Positions 8,011 through 16,388 of a DNA stretch of 32,000 nt are shown one piece after another. The position numbers and the translations under genes are program-made. How positions within the stretch are numbered: position 1 is the stretch's first letter; each line of letters starts with the position of its first letter. The notes beneath the pieces were generated by a model. That model ran no database searches. It saw nothing but the letters and a program-made list of their open reading frames with translations, and had not been told where the DNA came from. Source of the stretch: an archaeon (GTDB taxonomy: Archaea; Iainarchaeota; Iainarchaeia; Iainarchaeales; JANQMZ01); assembly GCA_028279805.1 (NCBI GenBank), contig JANQMZ010000007.1, forward strand, positions 420,001 through 452,000, in the 5' to 3' direction.

Positions 8011-8346
8011 TTGAAAATGCTTTCAGCAAGTCTTTTTTTAAATTTTTTAGTAGATGTTGTTGCATTATTTTTTGTAGCAGGATTTTTTGGCGTTAAACAA
8101 AACAGAGCTGCTTCCGTTTTAATCATAACAATTGTATCTTACCTGGTCGGACATTTTGCCGTTCCCTTAATTGTTTCAAGCGTTTCATTCGGCATAGGAG
8201 CATTACTTGTAACACTTTTAGGCGTTTTATTCATACGCCTTGTAATGATCTGGATAGTTTTCAAAACAGGAATAGTAAACGGCTTAATGATCTGGATATT
8301 GTCTGCAGTAGTAAGCATAATATTCTCATTATACCTGCCGTTATAA
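8011..8346 (+). CDS. small integral membrane protein
   Basis: 111-aa ORF with three or four hydrophobic helices. It has a TTG start at 8011, or an ATG at 8017. Confidence 0.5.
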   Translation: MKMLSASLFLNFLVDVVALFFVAGFFGVKQNRAASVLIITIVSYLVGHFAVPLIVSSVSFGIGALLVTLLGVLFIRLVMIWIVFKTGIVNGLMIWILSAVVSIIFSLYLPL

Positions 8347-8406
8347 TTGGAACAAATCATGGCATAGATTTTTATTCTCTCCATTCTTTTTTTGTTATTG
8401 ATTCAA

Positions 8407-9687
8407 ATGCTGGACACGCCTAACGAAGTTATCTGTGAAGTTTGCAAAATTCAGTTAGACAAAGTTTCAATGGTAAAAATTTTAACAGATTATGAATTGT
8501 TTTTATTGAATCATCCGGCAAGAGTAATAACAATTAATATTCCAATGAAAATGGATTCCGGGGAAATAAAAGTGTTTCCTGCTTTCAGAATTCAATACAA
8601 TGATGCTCGCGGCCCTACAAAAGGAGGAATAAGGTTTCATCCCAATGTTAACATGGAGGAAGTAGAACAACTGGCTTTTTTAATGACATTAAAATGTTCA
8701 CTGGCAAATATTCCTTTCGGAGGGGCAAAAGGAGGCATAACCGTTAATCCAAAAGATTTAAGTGAACGGGAATTGCAGACTTTAAGCAAATTATATGTTA
8801 AAAATTTTCATCCGTTTATAGGGCAGGAAAAAGATATTCCTGCTCCGGACGTTAATACCAATCCGCAAATAATGGCCTGGATGCTGGAAGAATATGAAAC
8901 AATTTTGGGCAAAAGTGTTCCAGCAACTTTTACAGGCAAGCCTGAAGAATTAGGCGGAATTGAAATAAGAAATTCTTCAACTTCTTTAGGAGGTGCAATT
9001 GTTTTGAGAGAATATTTTAAAAGCATTGGAAAAAAACTTGAAGGAATAACAGTTGCAATTCAGGGATTTGGAAATGTTGGTTCACATATGGCCCGCATTT
9101 TAGATGAATGGAATGCAAAAATTGTTGCTGTAAGCGATGCATCAGGTGCTGTTTACAACAAAGACGGGTTGGATATTAAGGAATTGTTTGAAAAAAATCC
9201 AAATGCAATGTCTCTTGAAGGATTAAATGGTGAAAAAATTTCAAATGAAGAATTATTGGAATTGGATGTTGATGTTTTGATTCCGGCTGCAGTTGAAGAC
9301 CAGATTAATGAAAAAAACATGAAAAACATTAAAGCATCCGTTATAATGGAAATGGCTAATGGTCCTGTAAGTGTTGAAGCTGATGATTTTTTGCAGGATA
9401 AAATTACAATAATTCCTGACATTCTGGCAAATGCCGGAGGAGTTACAGGCTCATATCTGGAATGGACTCAGAATTTAAAAAAAGAAGACTGGACAACAAA
9501 AGAATTGGAAACAAAACTTGAAGAATTCATGGTTAATGCTTTTAATGCAATGAATGATTATTCAAAAAAACATTCTTTTCCGATGAGAAAAAGTGCTTAT
9601 GTTTTAGCTGTTGAACGAGTTTTAAAAGCTGAAGCAGCAAGAGGCAACATTTCAAGCATTAAAGCAAAACAAAACGGTTTGAAATAA
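8407..9687 (+). CDS. gdhA: glutamate dehydrogenase (Glu/Leu/Phe/Val dehydrogenase family)
   Basis: The ORF carries the canonical RGPTKGGIRFHP and FGGAKGGI motifs and the GFGNVG dinucleotide-binding loop. The track starts at TTG 8392; I prefer the first ATG at 8407. Confidence 0.9.
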   Translation: MLDTPNEVICEVCKIQLDKVSMVKILTDYELFLLNHPARVITINIPMKMDSGEIKVFPAFRIQYNDARGPTKGGIRFHPNVNMEEVEQLAFLMTLKCSLANIPFGGAKGGITVNPKDLSERELQTLSKLYVKNFHPFIGQEKDIPAPDVNTNPQIMAWMLEEYETILGKSVPATFTGKPEELGGIEIRNSSTSLGGAIVLREYFKSIGKKLEGITVAIQGFGNVGSHMARILDEWNAKIVAVSDASGAVYNKDGLDIKELFEKNPNAMSLEGLNGEKISNEELLELDVDVLIPAAVEDQINEKNMKNIKASVIMEMANGPVSVEADDFLQDKITIIPDILANAGGVTGSYLEWTQNLKKEDWTTKELETKLEEFMVNAFNAMNDYSKKHSFPMRKSAYVLAVERVLKAEAARGNISSIKAKQNGLK

Positions 9688-9737
9688 TTCTTTAAATCAT
9701 TTTTAAATTATTTCTTCACTTATTTTAAAGTGAGAAA

Positions 9738-10268
9738 ATGAAGAAACTATTTTTTCTAATTTTATTTCTGATTTTTTTAATTTTTGTTTTTAATAATCTT
9801 TCATTTAAGGATCAAATGCAGATAAAATCAATAGCAACATGCGGACTTGTCAATGGAAAATTTTGCGAATCAGACAATTTTTGTGCCGGATTAAAAATTG
9901 GAGGACATCCTGGAAACTGTTGCATGGGCTTTTGTTATGACATAGATTGGAAAAGCTGTGACCAAGATTCAGATTGTATTAGAGTAAACAAAACTTGTTG
10001 TTCTTTTAGCAGAACTGCAATAAATAAAAAATATGAGCAGAAATGGAGTCTATTTCTACATCAAGACGGTTGCTACTGTCAAGCATGGATGCCTAGGCCA
10101 TCAATTGACTGGTTTGCAAAACCAGTTTGTGTTGAAAACAAGTGTGTTTTGGATTTAGAGGATTCTTCAGTTTGTGAAAATGAAGAAACTGCTAAACGCG
10201 CTGATTTATGTTATTCTTTATTTGATAAAGATGTGCAAGAAGGAAGGATTTTTGATCAGCCTCGCTAA
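9738..10268 (+). CDS. secreted cysteine-rich protein (16 Cys in the mature part)
   Basis: 176-aa ORF with an N-terminal hydrophobic signal/anchor (MKKLFFLILFLIFLIFVF). I counted 16 Cys after it. No family recognised. Confidence 0.6.
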   Translation: MKKLFFLILFLIFLIFVFNNLSFKDQMQIKSIATCGLVNGKFCESDNFCAGLKIGGHPGNCCMGFCYDIDWKSCDQDSDCIRVNKTCCSFSRTAINKKYEQKWSLFLHQDGCYCQAWMPRPSIDWFAKPVCVENKCVLDLEDSSVCENEETAKRADLCYSLFDKDVQEGRIFDQPR

Positions 10269-10370
10269 ACACCTTTTTAAACTATTTTGCCTAATTTTTG
10301 TTAATTGCGAGCTCAAGCGAGCAAGTGCCATTGTAAATGGCACGCGGAGTAACCGTACGCAATCGGTTGT

Positions 10371-10442
10371 GCCCTGGTAGTCTAGTGGTTAGGATACGGC
10401 CCTGTCGAGGCTGTGACTCGGGTTCGAATCCCGGCCAGGGCG
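10371..10442 (+). tRNA. tRNA-Asp (anticodon GUC at 10404-10406), no encoded CCA
   Basis: Hand-folded cloverleaf: acceptor GCCCUGG/CCAGGGC, D stem GUCU/GGAU, anticodon stem CGGCC/GGCUG, loop CUGUCGA, T arm UCGGG-UUCGAAU-CCCGG, discriminator G. The acceptor and T arm closely match archaeal tRNA-Asp sequences as I remember them. Confidence 0.9.
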
Positions 10443-10464
10443 CTTTAAAATAATGGTGATGTGA

Positions 10465-10704
10465 ATGAAAACAATGACTTGTAAACAGCTTGGGGGTTCT
10501 TGTGATAAAGAATTTCATGCTGAAACTTTTGATGAAATGGCTGAAATGAGTAAAAATCATGGCATGGAAATGTTTGAAAAAAACGATGAAGAGCATATTA
10601 AAGCTATGGAAGAAATGAAAAAACTAATGAATAATCCTGATGCTTTGAAAGAATGGATGGAAAACAAGCAAAAAGAATTTGATGAATTGCCTGAAGACAA
10701 TTAA
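10465..10704 (+). CDS. DUF1059-family small protein
   Basis: 79-aa ORF. MKTMTCKQLGGSCDKEFHAETFDEMAEMSKNHGMEMF matches the DUF1059 N-terminal pattern. Confidence 0.6.
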   Translation: MKTMTCKQLGGSCDKEFHAETFDEMAEMSKNHGMEMFEKNDEEHIKAMEEMKKLMNNPDALKEWMENKQKEFDELPEDN

Positions 10705-10744
10705 TTTTGTTTGAATTTTTTTCTGGTTTTTTTTAAGTGATTTT

Positions 10745-11500
10745 GTGAATTTGTTTGAAGCAATAATTTTAGGAATTTTACAGGGAGTATTTGAATGGCT
10801 GCCTGTTAGCAGTCAGGGTCAAATTATTGCTGTTGCAATTGCTTTTTTTCAGATTTCAACACAGGAGGCTTTAAAGCATTCAATTTTTTTACATACAGGA
10901 ACTTTGATTGCTGCAATTATTTTTTTCAGAAAAGAATTAATTAAAATAATTCAAGGAGAAAACCCGGAATTAAGAAATTTTATTTTAATTGCTGTTTTGG
11001 CAACAATTATAACTGCTGTTCCGAGTTTTTTTATTTTAAAACAATTAATTTTTTCTTCAACAATTTTATTGTTTTTAATCGGATTTTTATTAATAATAAC
11101 CGGATTATTACAAAAAATTAAACAAAAACAAATAAAACCAAAATTAAACAAAAAAAATTCAATAATATTAGGCTTAATGCAAGGCTTTTCAGTATTACCA
11201 GGAATAAGTAGGTCAGGAATAACAACAGCAACACTATTATTCGAAGGATTTGAACCGGAAGAAGCTTTTAGGATTAGTTTTTTGCTAAGTGTTCCAACAG
11301 TTTTAATTGGAGAAATAGCTTATGGATTAGTTGAAGGATTTAGCTTTGAATTTAATTCCTTAATTGCTTTAGTATTTGCTTTTGTATTCGGATTAATATC
11401 AATTGATTTGCTGTTGAAACTGGCTAAAAGGATTAGCTTCAGTTGGTTTGCGATTGGTTTTGGATTAATTTATTTGATTATTGGGTTGGTTGGGGTTTGA
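10745..11500 (+). CDS. uppP: undecaprenyl-diphosphate phosphatase (UppP/BacA)
   Basis: 251-aa polytopic ORF. GILQGVFEWLPVSSQGQ and PGISRSGITTATLL are the two signature UppP motifs. GTG start. Confidence 0.8.
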   Translation: MNLFEAIILGILQGVFEWLPVSSQGQIIAVAIAFFQISTQEALKHSIFLHTGTLIAAIIFFRKELIKIIQGENPELRNFILIAVLATIITAVPSFFILKQLIFSSTILLFLIGFLLIITGLLQKIKQKQIKPKLNKKNSIILGLMQGFSVLPGISRSGITTATLLFEGFEPEEAFRISFLLSVPTVLIGEIAYGLVEGFSFEFNSLIALVFAFVFGLISIDLLLKLAKRISFSWFAIGFGLIYLIIGLVGV

Positions 11501-11518
11501 ATATTGTTTGTACAGACA

Positions 11519-12193
11519 CTAATCAAAAGGAATTAAACGATTCTCGATAAAATCTAACATCTCTTTAACATCTGACTCTTTATATTTATCAAAATGTCCG
11601 TGTGCTGCGTCACTACCAACATCAATATGTCCTTGAATTTTTCTCCAAAAAGATTTATCAAAAACCCCTTCAGATTTTAATTTATCATTAATTGTACCGA
11701 CCATTTCATTACCAGAAAGTTTAATTTCTTTTTTCTTACAAATATCTCTCAATTCTTCTTCAATAACAATTCTACCATAAATAGCTGCTGTGTCTTTATT
11801 TTTATTTTTCAAAAAATGTTTTGCCTGTTGAAGAATAGAATCAAAAATATCAGAAGCAACCAAATGATTAATTTTGTACAAAAAACCTTTTTTTATTTCC
11901 TCTTTTGCGCTTTCAAGTATCCTAACTGCGCTAGATAATTTCCCACGATAATTAAGCCCTCTGCTATTCAAAGCGTTTTGCAACATTTTATAGTGGATTT
12001 CTTTACCAAAAGTTTTTTCAATTAAGTTTAAAGCAGAAGGTGCCCATTTTAACCACAGATAATATCCATCAGTATCCCTTATACGGCCCAAGTTTCTAAT
12101 ACTGCTTCTCATTATTGGCACTCTTTCGAATCCTACCTCGTTTATAAGCTCATTAAATCTTTTTAAAATAGAATCTCTCATCCAAAATTTCAC
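11519..12193 (-). CDS. DUF4145-like protein (a domain commonly adjacent to restriction-modification genes)
   Basis: 224-aa ORF. The C-terminal INDKLKSEGVFDKSFWRKIQGHIDVGSDAAHGHF fits the DUF4145 helix-loop-...N/D-x-A-A/V-H pattern. Confidence 0.5.
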   Translation of the reverse strand: MKFWMRDSILKRFNELINEVGFERVPIMRSSIRNLGRIRDTDGYYLWLKWAPSALNLIEKTFGKEIHYKMLQNALNSRGLNYRGKLSSAVRILESAKEEIKKGFLYKINHLVASDIFDSILQQAKHFLKNKNKDTAAIYGRIVIEEELRDICKKKEIKLSGNEMVGTINDKLKSEGVFDKSFWRKIQGHIDVGSDAAHGHFDKYKESDVKEMLDFIENRLIPFD

Positions 12194-12225
12194 TACAAAT
12201 CTATTTAAAAAATTAAAGCTTTTTA

Positions 12226-13413
12226 ATGGTGGTTATGGATGAGAGAATAGAAGAACATTTTTCAACATTGGACTTAGATTTAAGAAAAACTAGATTTTCT
12301 AGATTTATCGACCAAAAAGTCACTCCAGACGTTTTATCTTTCATTGCAGATTGTATAATGGCACATACTGGAGGAAATGAAGAAAAAAAATTTAGAGTAA
12401 AGGACATATGGAACTCCGAATACTTCAAAAAAAACGTAATTCAAATATATAGCAAGCCGTCACCAGAAAATGAAACGGCGACACACGAATATGACAAGTT
12501 TATTGGACAACCTATGAGACTTTTGAACTACGGAAAAATAATAGAATCAGAAAAAAAAGGGAACGCTAATTTTTACTGGTGCTCAAATCCAGAAATACTC
12601 AACTATATATCAATGAATGAAACATATTCATTTAATTTTCTTTATTTATATCTAAAAAAAGTTTTAGATGATAGCGGATTTTTACAACATATAGAAAGAT
12701 ATAAGGAAAATGATAACCCGCAAAATTTTAGAGAATTGAAAAATAGGTTTCAAATATTTATTAGAGGGAACACAAAAATAAATACAGATGTTGAGATAAA
12801 TAGGATCTTTCCAAAAGTGCTTAACATATTTTCTGTAAAATGGAACATACGAGGAAGTAAAAAGGGAAGAATTTCCAGACACAGATTCAATTTTTCAGAT
12901 TTAACTTACAATGAAATAAATTGGAGAGATATAAAAAAAGACAAGAGAACTACTAGAACAGAGGCACAAAATAGAGAATTGGAAAAAGTAAAAAAATATG
13001 AAAAGTATACTGTTGAAAAAGCCAAAAGGATAATAAGAAAAAAATATAGAGAAACAGAAATAAAAGATCGGTGGGCTGGAGGAAAAGCAACACAAGTGCA
13101 CCATATTTTTCCGGAACACGAATATCCACAATTTGCAGCTTATCTTGAAAACCTAATAAAACTAACACCAGACCAGCATTTCACGAAAGCACACCCAAAC
13201 AATAGTACAAAAGATATAGATAAAACATATCAACTTGATTTGGTTATAGCTAAAATATACAGCATAGAAGATTCTTTATCAAAAAAAGAAACATATTACC
13301 ATAAAGATAGACTCATAGAACTATTGAACGAAACATTAGGAATCGAAATGTCTCAAATAACCTCCTTTGATGAAATCAGAAAAAAAATAAAAGAAATTCA
13401 ACTAAGTTTCTAA
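12226..13413 (+). CDS. HNH (beta-beta-alpha-Me) endonuclease, putative restriction subunit
   Basis: 395-aa ORF. ATQVHHIFPEHEYPQFAAYLENLIKLTPDQHFTKAH gives the HH...N...H spacing of HNH nucleases. It is convergent with the methyltransferase gene and overlaps its 3' end by 12 nt. Confidence 0.6.
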   Translation: MVVMDERIEEHFSTLDLDLRKTRFSRFIDQKVTPDVLSFIADCIMAHTGGNEEKKFRVKDIWNSEYFKKNVIQIYSKPSPENETATHEYDKFIGQPMRLLNYGKIIESEKKGNANFYWCSNPEILNYISMNETYSFNFLYLYLKKVLDDSGFLQHIERYKENDNPQNFRELKNRFQIFIRGNTKINTDVEINRIFPKVLNIFSVKWNIRGSKKGRISRHRFNFSDLTYNEINWRDIKKDKRTTRTEAQNRELEKVKKYEKYTVEKAKRIIRKKYRETEIKDRWAGGKATQVHHIFPEHEYPQFAAYLENLIKLTPDQHFTKAHPNNSTKDIDKTYQLDLVIAKIYSIEDSLSKKETYYHKDRLIELLNETLGIEMSQITSFDEIRKKIKEIQLSF

Positions 13414-15924
13414 TTTTCCGAAAAAATAAATTGAATTGCTATCGATGTTCATAGATCTAGTGCTTCTGTTTCTAGCAACGCTATAAAATTCTCTGAACTC
13501 AGAAGTGCTATAATAATTCAATGTTTTCTCATCAATTTCTGTTCCATTTTTTGGTTGAGCAATAGCCACTGAACCATCACAAATAGCGTTTTCCGGCATA
13601 AAACATGCTCTGGGATAATAAGTAAGATTTGGTATTAAAACAGAATTTCTAGAATTTAAAAATTTTTTAACCGTTAAGGAAGATGCCTCTCTATTACTGA
13701 TATATTTATCGTAACCGGAAATATCTTTTATTTTGTTATTCCCAATATTTCTAGATTTTAAAACTCTATATTTTCCTTTGTCGTAAAGAATTTTATTTGT
13801 AATCTGTCTATCTCTAAAAACTTTGAATATGTCAAATTTCATCTTTTTACTTATTTTATTAAAAAAATTGTTCCTGTAAATTAACCAATAAGGAAAAATA
13901 TCTGAAGCCATCTCCAATTGCTCTAAAAATCTTGCGTTTTTAGTTACATAAGACTCTATTTTTACCATATTCTTGGGGGTTCTTCTATTTCTTTTCAAGA
14001 TGAACCCAATAGTTTCTATCTTAACATCAAAAGCTTTTTCGCCAAAATCAACAATTTTTACAATGTTATATTGATTCATTAATTCCCTTGTTTTATTAAA
14101 TTCAGGAGTAGACAATAAACTTTTTGGGACAATAAATGAAATAAAATCGCCCAATGTTATTGCTCTTTCAATGAAAAAAGAAAAAAGATTATTTGTATCT
14201 TTGTTATTTTTCCCTCGCTTGTAATGTTTTAACAATTTTTTGTTGTTAACAACTTTTTTAAACGGAGGATTCCCCAATATAACATCATATTTAAAATTGC
14301 CATTATAAAAAATAAAATCAGCGTTTATATATTTTATTTTGAAATTATTTGGGATTCTTAATTTTTTTACTAAAATTTTTAAGAGGGTTATTGATTTTTT
14401 GTCTATATCTATAACATCTAAACTTACTTTTTTATTGTTTTTATATTTAGCTATAAGTGAGGGTAAAAAATTTCCTGCACCCACTGCGGGTTCAAGTAAG
14501 TGAATCTCTTTCTTGTTCTTAAAATCTGGTAAATCCTTAACAAGAGAAAAACAAATATTTGAGGGGGTATAGTAAGCGGAATTTTTTAATCTTTTTGCAT
14601 TAGAAAGTTCGGCGATCTTAGAAAGTGTATTGTATGAATATTTTTTTAGGTTTGTATTAATAAATGACTTAAGCTTACTGTGAGAGTCTAATTTGTTTTT
14701 TTCTATTATTTTTATTATTTTAGGTTTTGTTAACTCTTGATCTTTCAGTGCCCCTCTTATATTTCCAGCTATTTTTCTAAAAATAATTGTTGGCACAGCT
14801 TCTCCCACACACCTCCTTATGTTCAACTCATTTTTCTTTAAAAAAAATCTTTTCTTGTCCAAAGACTTATGATTGAGCACGTCAAAAGGAATTTTTGACC
14901 ATTTAAAGTTCCTTGGAATTGTCATTAGTTTCATGATTTCTCTAATTGAAAAAACTCTGTGGTCTCTTGGATGTATAGTCCACTGACTTGCTAAAATATC
15001 ATTTCTAGTATGTATACAATAAGCTGGTTTATCCCAGTAACATCTTTTGTATTTATCACCACTTTTGTTTTTGTTAAACACTATTTTATCATTTTTTATT
15101 CTGTGAGGAATTCTAGCACGAGCTCTATTCTCAAAGGCAGATTGCCCTTCTTTCAAATTTTCTATCCATTTAAGCATATATTTTGGAAATTTTCTATAGG
15201 AATGATAAATGTCCGAATAATCTATTTCGCCCATTTTTTTTAAAGGTTTTAATTTTCCAATGGTTTGTCTAACGGTTTTTTCTTTTTCTTTTGATGGAAA
15301 AAGCTCTAATGGGGAAATATCTATTAAATCTTTTCTAACTCCAATTACAAGAGTTCTTGTTCTTTGAGAAGGGCTTCCATAGTCCTTAAAATTTATAACT
15401 TCAGAATGAACATTATAATTTGTGAGATTTGACTCTATTGCTTCTTTTATTGACTTTAGATTTCCGTCAGAGTCAGTGCATTTTGTATTTAAAAAAGTCC
15501 TAACATTCTCAAACAAAAATATTTTTGGATTAATTTTTTTAGTTACTATTATGGATTCAACTACCAATGAATTTCTTTTTAACTCGTTTTTTTTATTATG
15601 ATTCGCTACAGACATTCCCTGACAAGGAGGCGTAGCCACAACAACATCAATTTCTTTTAAGCCGGTCTTTCTTTTCCAATGCTCTGTTTCTTTGTAAACT
15701 TTTTTTTTGATTTTTTCTTGACTCAAGTCTCCTAAAATATATCCTGAATCATGCTCGCATTTATTATTATATTTTTGAATATTGAGTCTTTCTTCAGAAA
15801 CTTCGTTTGTAGCTACACAGTTAAATTCTGTAAGATTGAACCCATTACATCCCACACCAGCACCACTGAAAAGGCTTACATAAGAAAGTGTCTGGCCTTT
15901 GCTTGAATCTTTATGGCGAGGCAT
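13402..15924 (-). CDS. bifunctional DNA methyltransferase: N-terminal C5-cytosine MTase fused to a C-terminal gamma-class N6-adenine MTase
   Basis: m5C motifs in order: LFSGAGVG (I), TPPCQGMS (IV), FENV (VI), QRTRTLVIG (VIII), GEAVP (X). After a Lys-rich linker come the m6A motifs YYTP, LEPAVGAGNFL (I) and GNPPF (IV). The track starts at TTG 15945; I prefer ATG 15924 (MPRHKD), which is preceded by AGGGAG. Confidence 0.85.
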   Translation of the reverse strand: MPRHKDSSKGQTLSYVSLFSGAGVGCNGFNLTEFNCVATNEVSEERLNIQKYNNKCEHDSGYILGDLSQEKIKKKVYKETEHWKRKTGLKEIDVVVATPPCQGMSVANHNKKNELKRNSLVVESIIVTKKINPKIFLFENVRTFLNTKCTDSDGNLKSIKEAIESNLTNYNVHSEVINFKDYGSPSQRTRTLVIGVRKDLIDISPLELFPSKEKEKTVRQTIGKLKPLKKMGEIDYSDIYHSYRKFPKYMLKWIENLKEGQSAFENRARARIPHRIKNDKIVFNKNKSGDKYKRCYWDKPAYCIHTRNDILASQWTIHPRDHRVFSIREIMKLMTIPRNFKWSKIPFDVLNHKSLDKKRFFLKKNELNIRRCVGEAVPTIIFRKIAGNIRGALKDQELTKPKIIKIIEKNKLDSHSKLKSFINTNLKKYSYNTLSKIAELSNAKRLKNSAYYTPSNICFSLVKDLPDFKNKKEIHLLEPAVGAGNFLPSLIAKYKNNKKVSLDVIDIDKKSITLLKILVKKLRIPNNFKIKYINADFIFYNGNFKYDVILGNPPFKKVVNNKKLLKHYKRGKNNKDTNNLFSFFIERAITLGDFISFIVPKSLLSTPEFNKTRELMNQYNIVKIVDFGEKAFDVKIETIGFILKRNRRTPKNMVKIESYVTKNARFLEQLEMASDIFPYWLIYRNNFFNKISKKMKFDIFKVFRDRQITNKILYDKGKYRVLKSRNIGNNKIKDISGYDKYISNREASSLTVKKFLNSRNSVLIPNLTYYPRACFMPENAICDGSVAIAQPKNGTEIDEKTLNYYSTSEFREFYSVARNRSTRSMNIDSNSIYFFGKLET

Positions 15925-15953
15925 TTTTTCATTCTCCCTTTCCAAAGTGAACT

Positions 15954-15977
15954 GTCTCTAAAACAAACTTTTGAGAC
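15954..15977. promoter_or_regulatory. inverted repeat GTCTC(T)AAAA-CAAAC-TTTTGAGAC in the methyltransferase leader/promoter
   Basis: Read directly from the sequence: a 9-bp stem with a one-nt bulge, 30-53 nt upstream of ATG 15924 and downstream of a TATA-like TTATAAAAG (minus-strand reading, about 15995-16005). Confidence 0.4.
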
Positions 15978-16057
15978 GAACCTATAACATAATACTTTTA
16001 TAATTTAAAAGTTGACGATATCAGTTTAAAGCTACTGAGAGCACATTTCCGCTGAAA

Positions 16058-16270
16058 TTACTGCGAATTTTTACACTGACATGGATTTCCGCCAGACATC
16101 ATTCCGGAAACCCAGTTATGCACTTTCACTTTTCCACATTTTTTACAACTTGCGTTTTTTACAGCTCTGGCGGTTCTTTCGTTCCATTTTTCCATTATTT
16201 TGTCTTCTTCTCTTCTTGAATTCAAAAATTCTTTTAATTCAATTATTTCAGTTTTAGTTAATTCAGTCAT
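16058..16270 (-). CDS. 70-aa protein with a C-terminal CxxC...CxC zinc-ribbon-like motif
   Basis: Track ORF MTELTKTEIIELKEFLNSRREEDKIMEKWNERTARAVKNASCKKCGKVKVHNWVSGMMSGGNPCQCKNSQ. It is co-oriented with the flanking defence genes. No family recognised. Confidence 0.45.
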   Translation of the reverse strand: MTELTKTEIIELKEFLNSRREEDKIMEKWNERTARAVKNASCKKCGKVKVHNWVSGMMSGGNPCQCKNSQ

Positions 16271-16388
16271 AAAAAAAAGAATTATTCTTATTATTAATTG
16301 GTTTTTGGTTCAATGGTGTAATTGAATTCAAACTTTCCGAAAATATATTCGTTTTTCTTCTTCTTTTGAGGAATTTTTTGATTTTTTA

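Noticed and set aside
8392-8406. TTG start of the glutamate dehydrogenase ORF
   Set aside because: The five extra codons (MLLIQ) have no upstream ribosome-binding site. The first ATG at 8407 is more conventional. The difference does not affect the call.
10291-10596. 101-aa minus-strand ORF and the 68-aa plus-strand ORF (10174-10380) from the track
   Set aside because: Both run through the tRNA-Asp gene and its GC-rich leader. Their sequences are low-complexity with no start context, so they are spurious.
12682-13168. Three antisense ORFs (12682-12882, 12901-13131, 12953-13168) inside the HNH endonuclease gene
   Set aside because: They are Phe/Leu/Ile-rich translations of the complement of a Lys/Glu/Asn-rich AT-rich gene, which is a typical shadow-ORF artefact. 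The same reasoning applies to 15010-15243, 18209-18397, 19684-19875, 21217-21465 and 21519-21773.
13402-14585. Reading the m6A half of the methyltransferase as a BREX PglX or as a type IIG restriction-modification enzyme
   Set aside because: No PglZ, BrxL or BrxC-like genes are nearby. No PD-(D/E)xK nuclease domain precedes the adenine MTase module; a complete C5-MTase does. A separate HNH gene is the better nuclease candidate.
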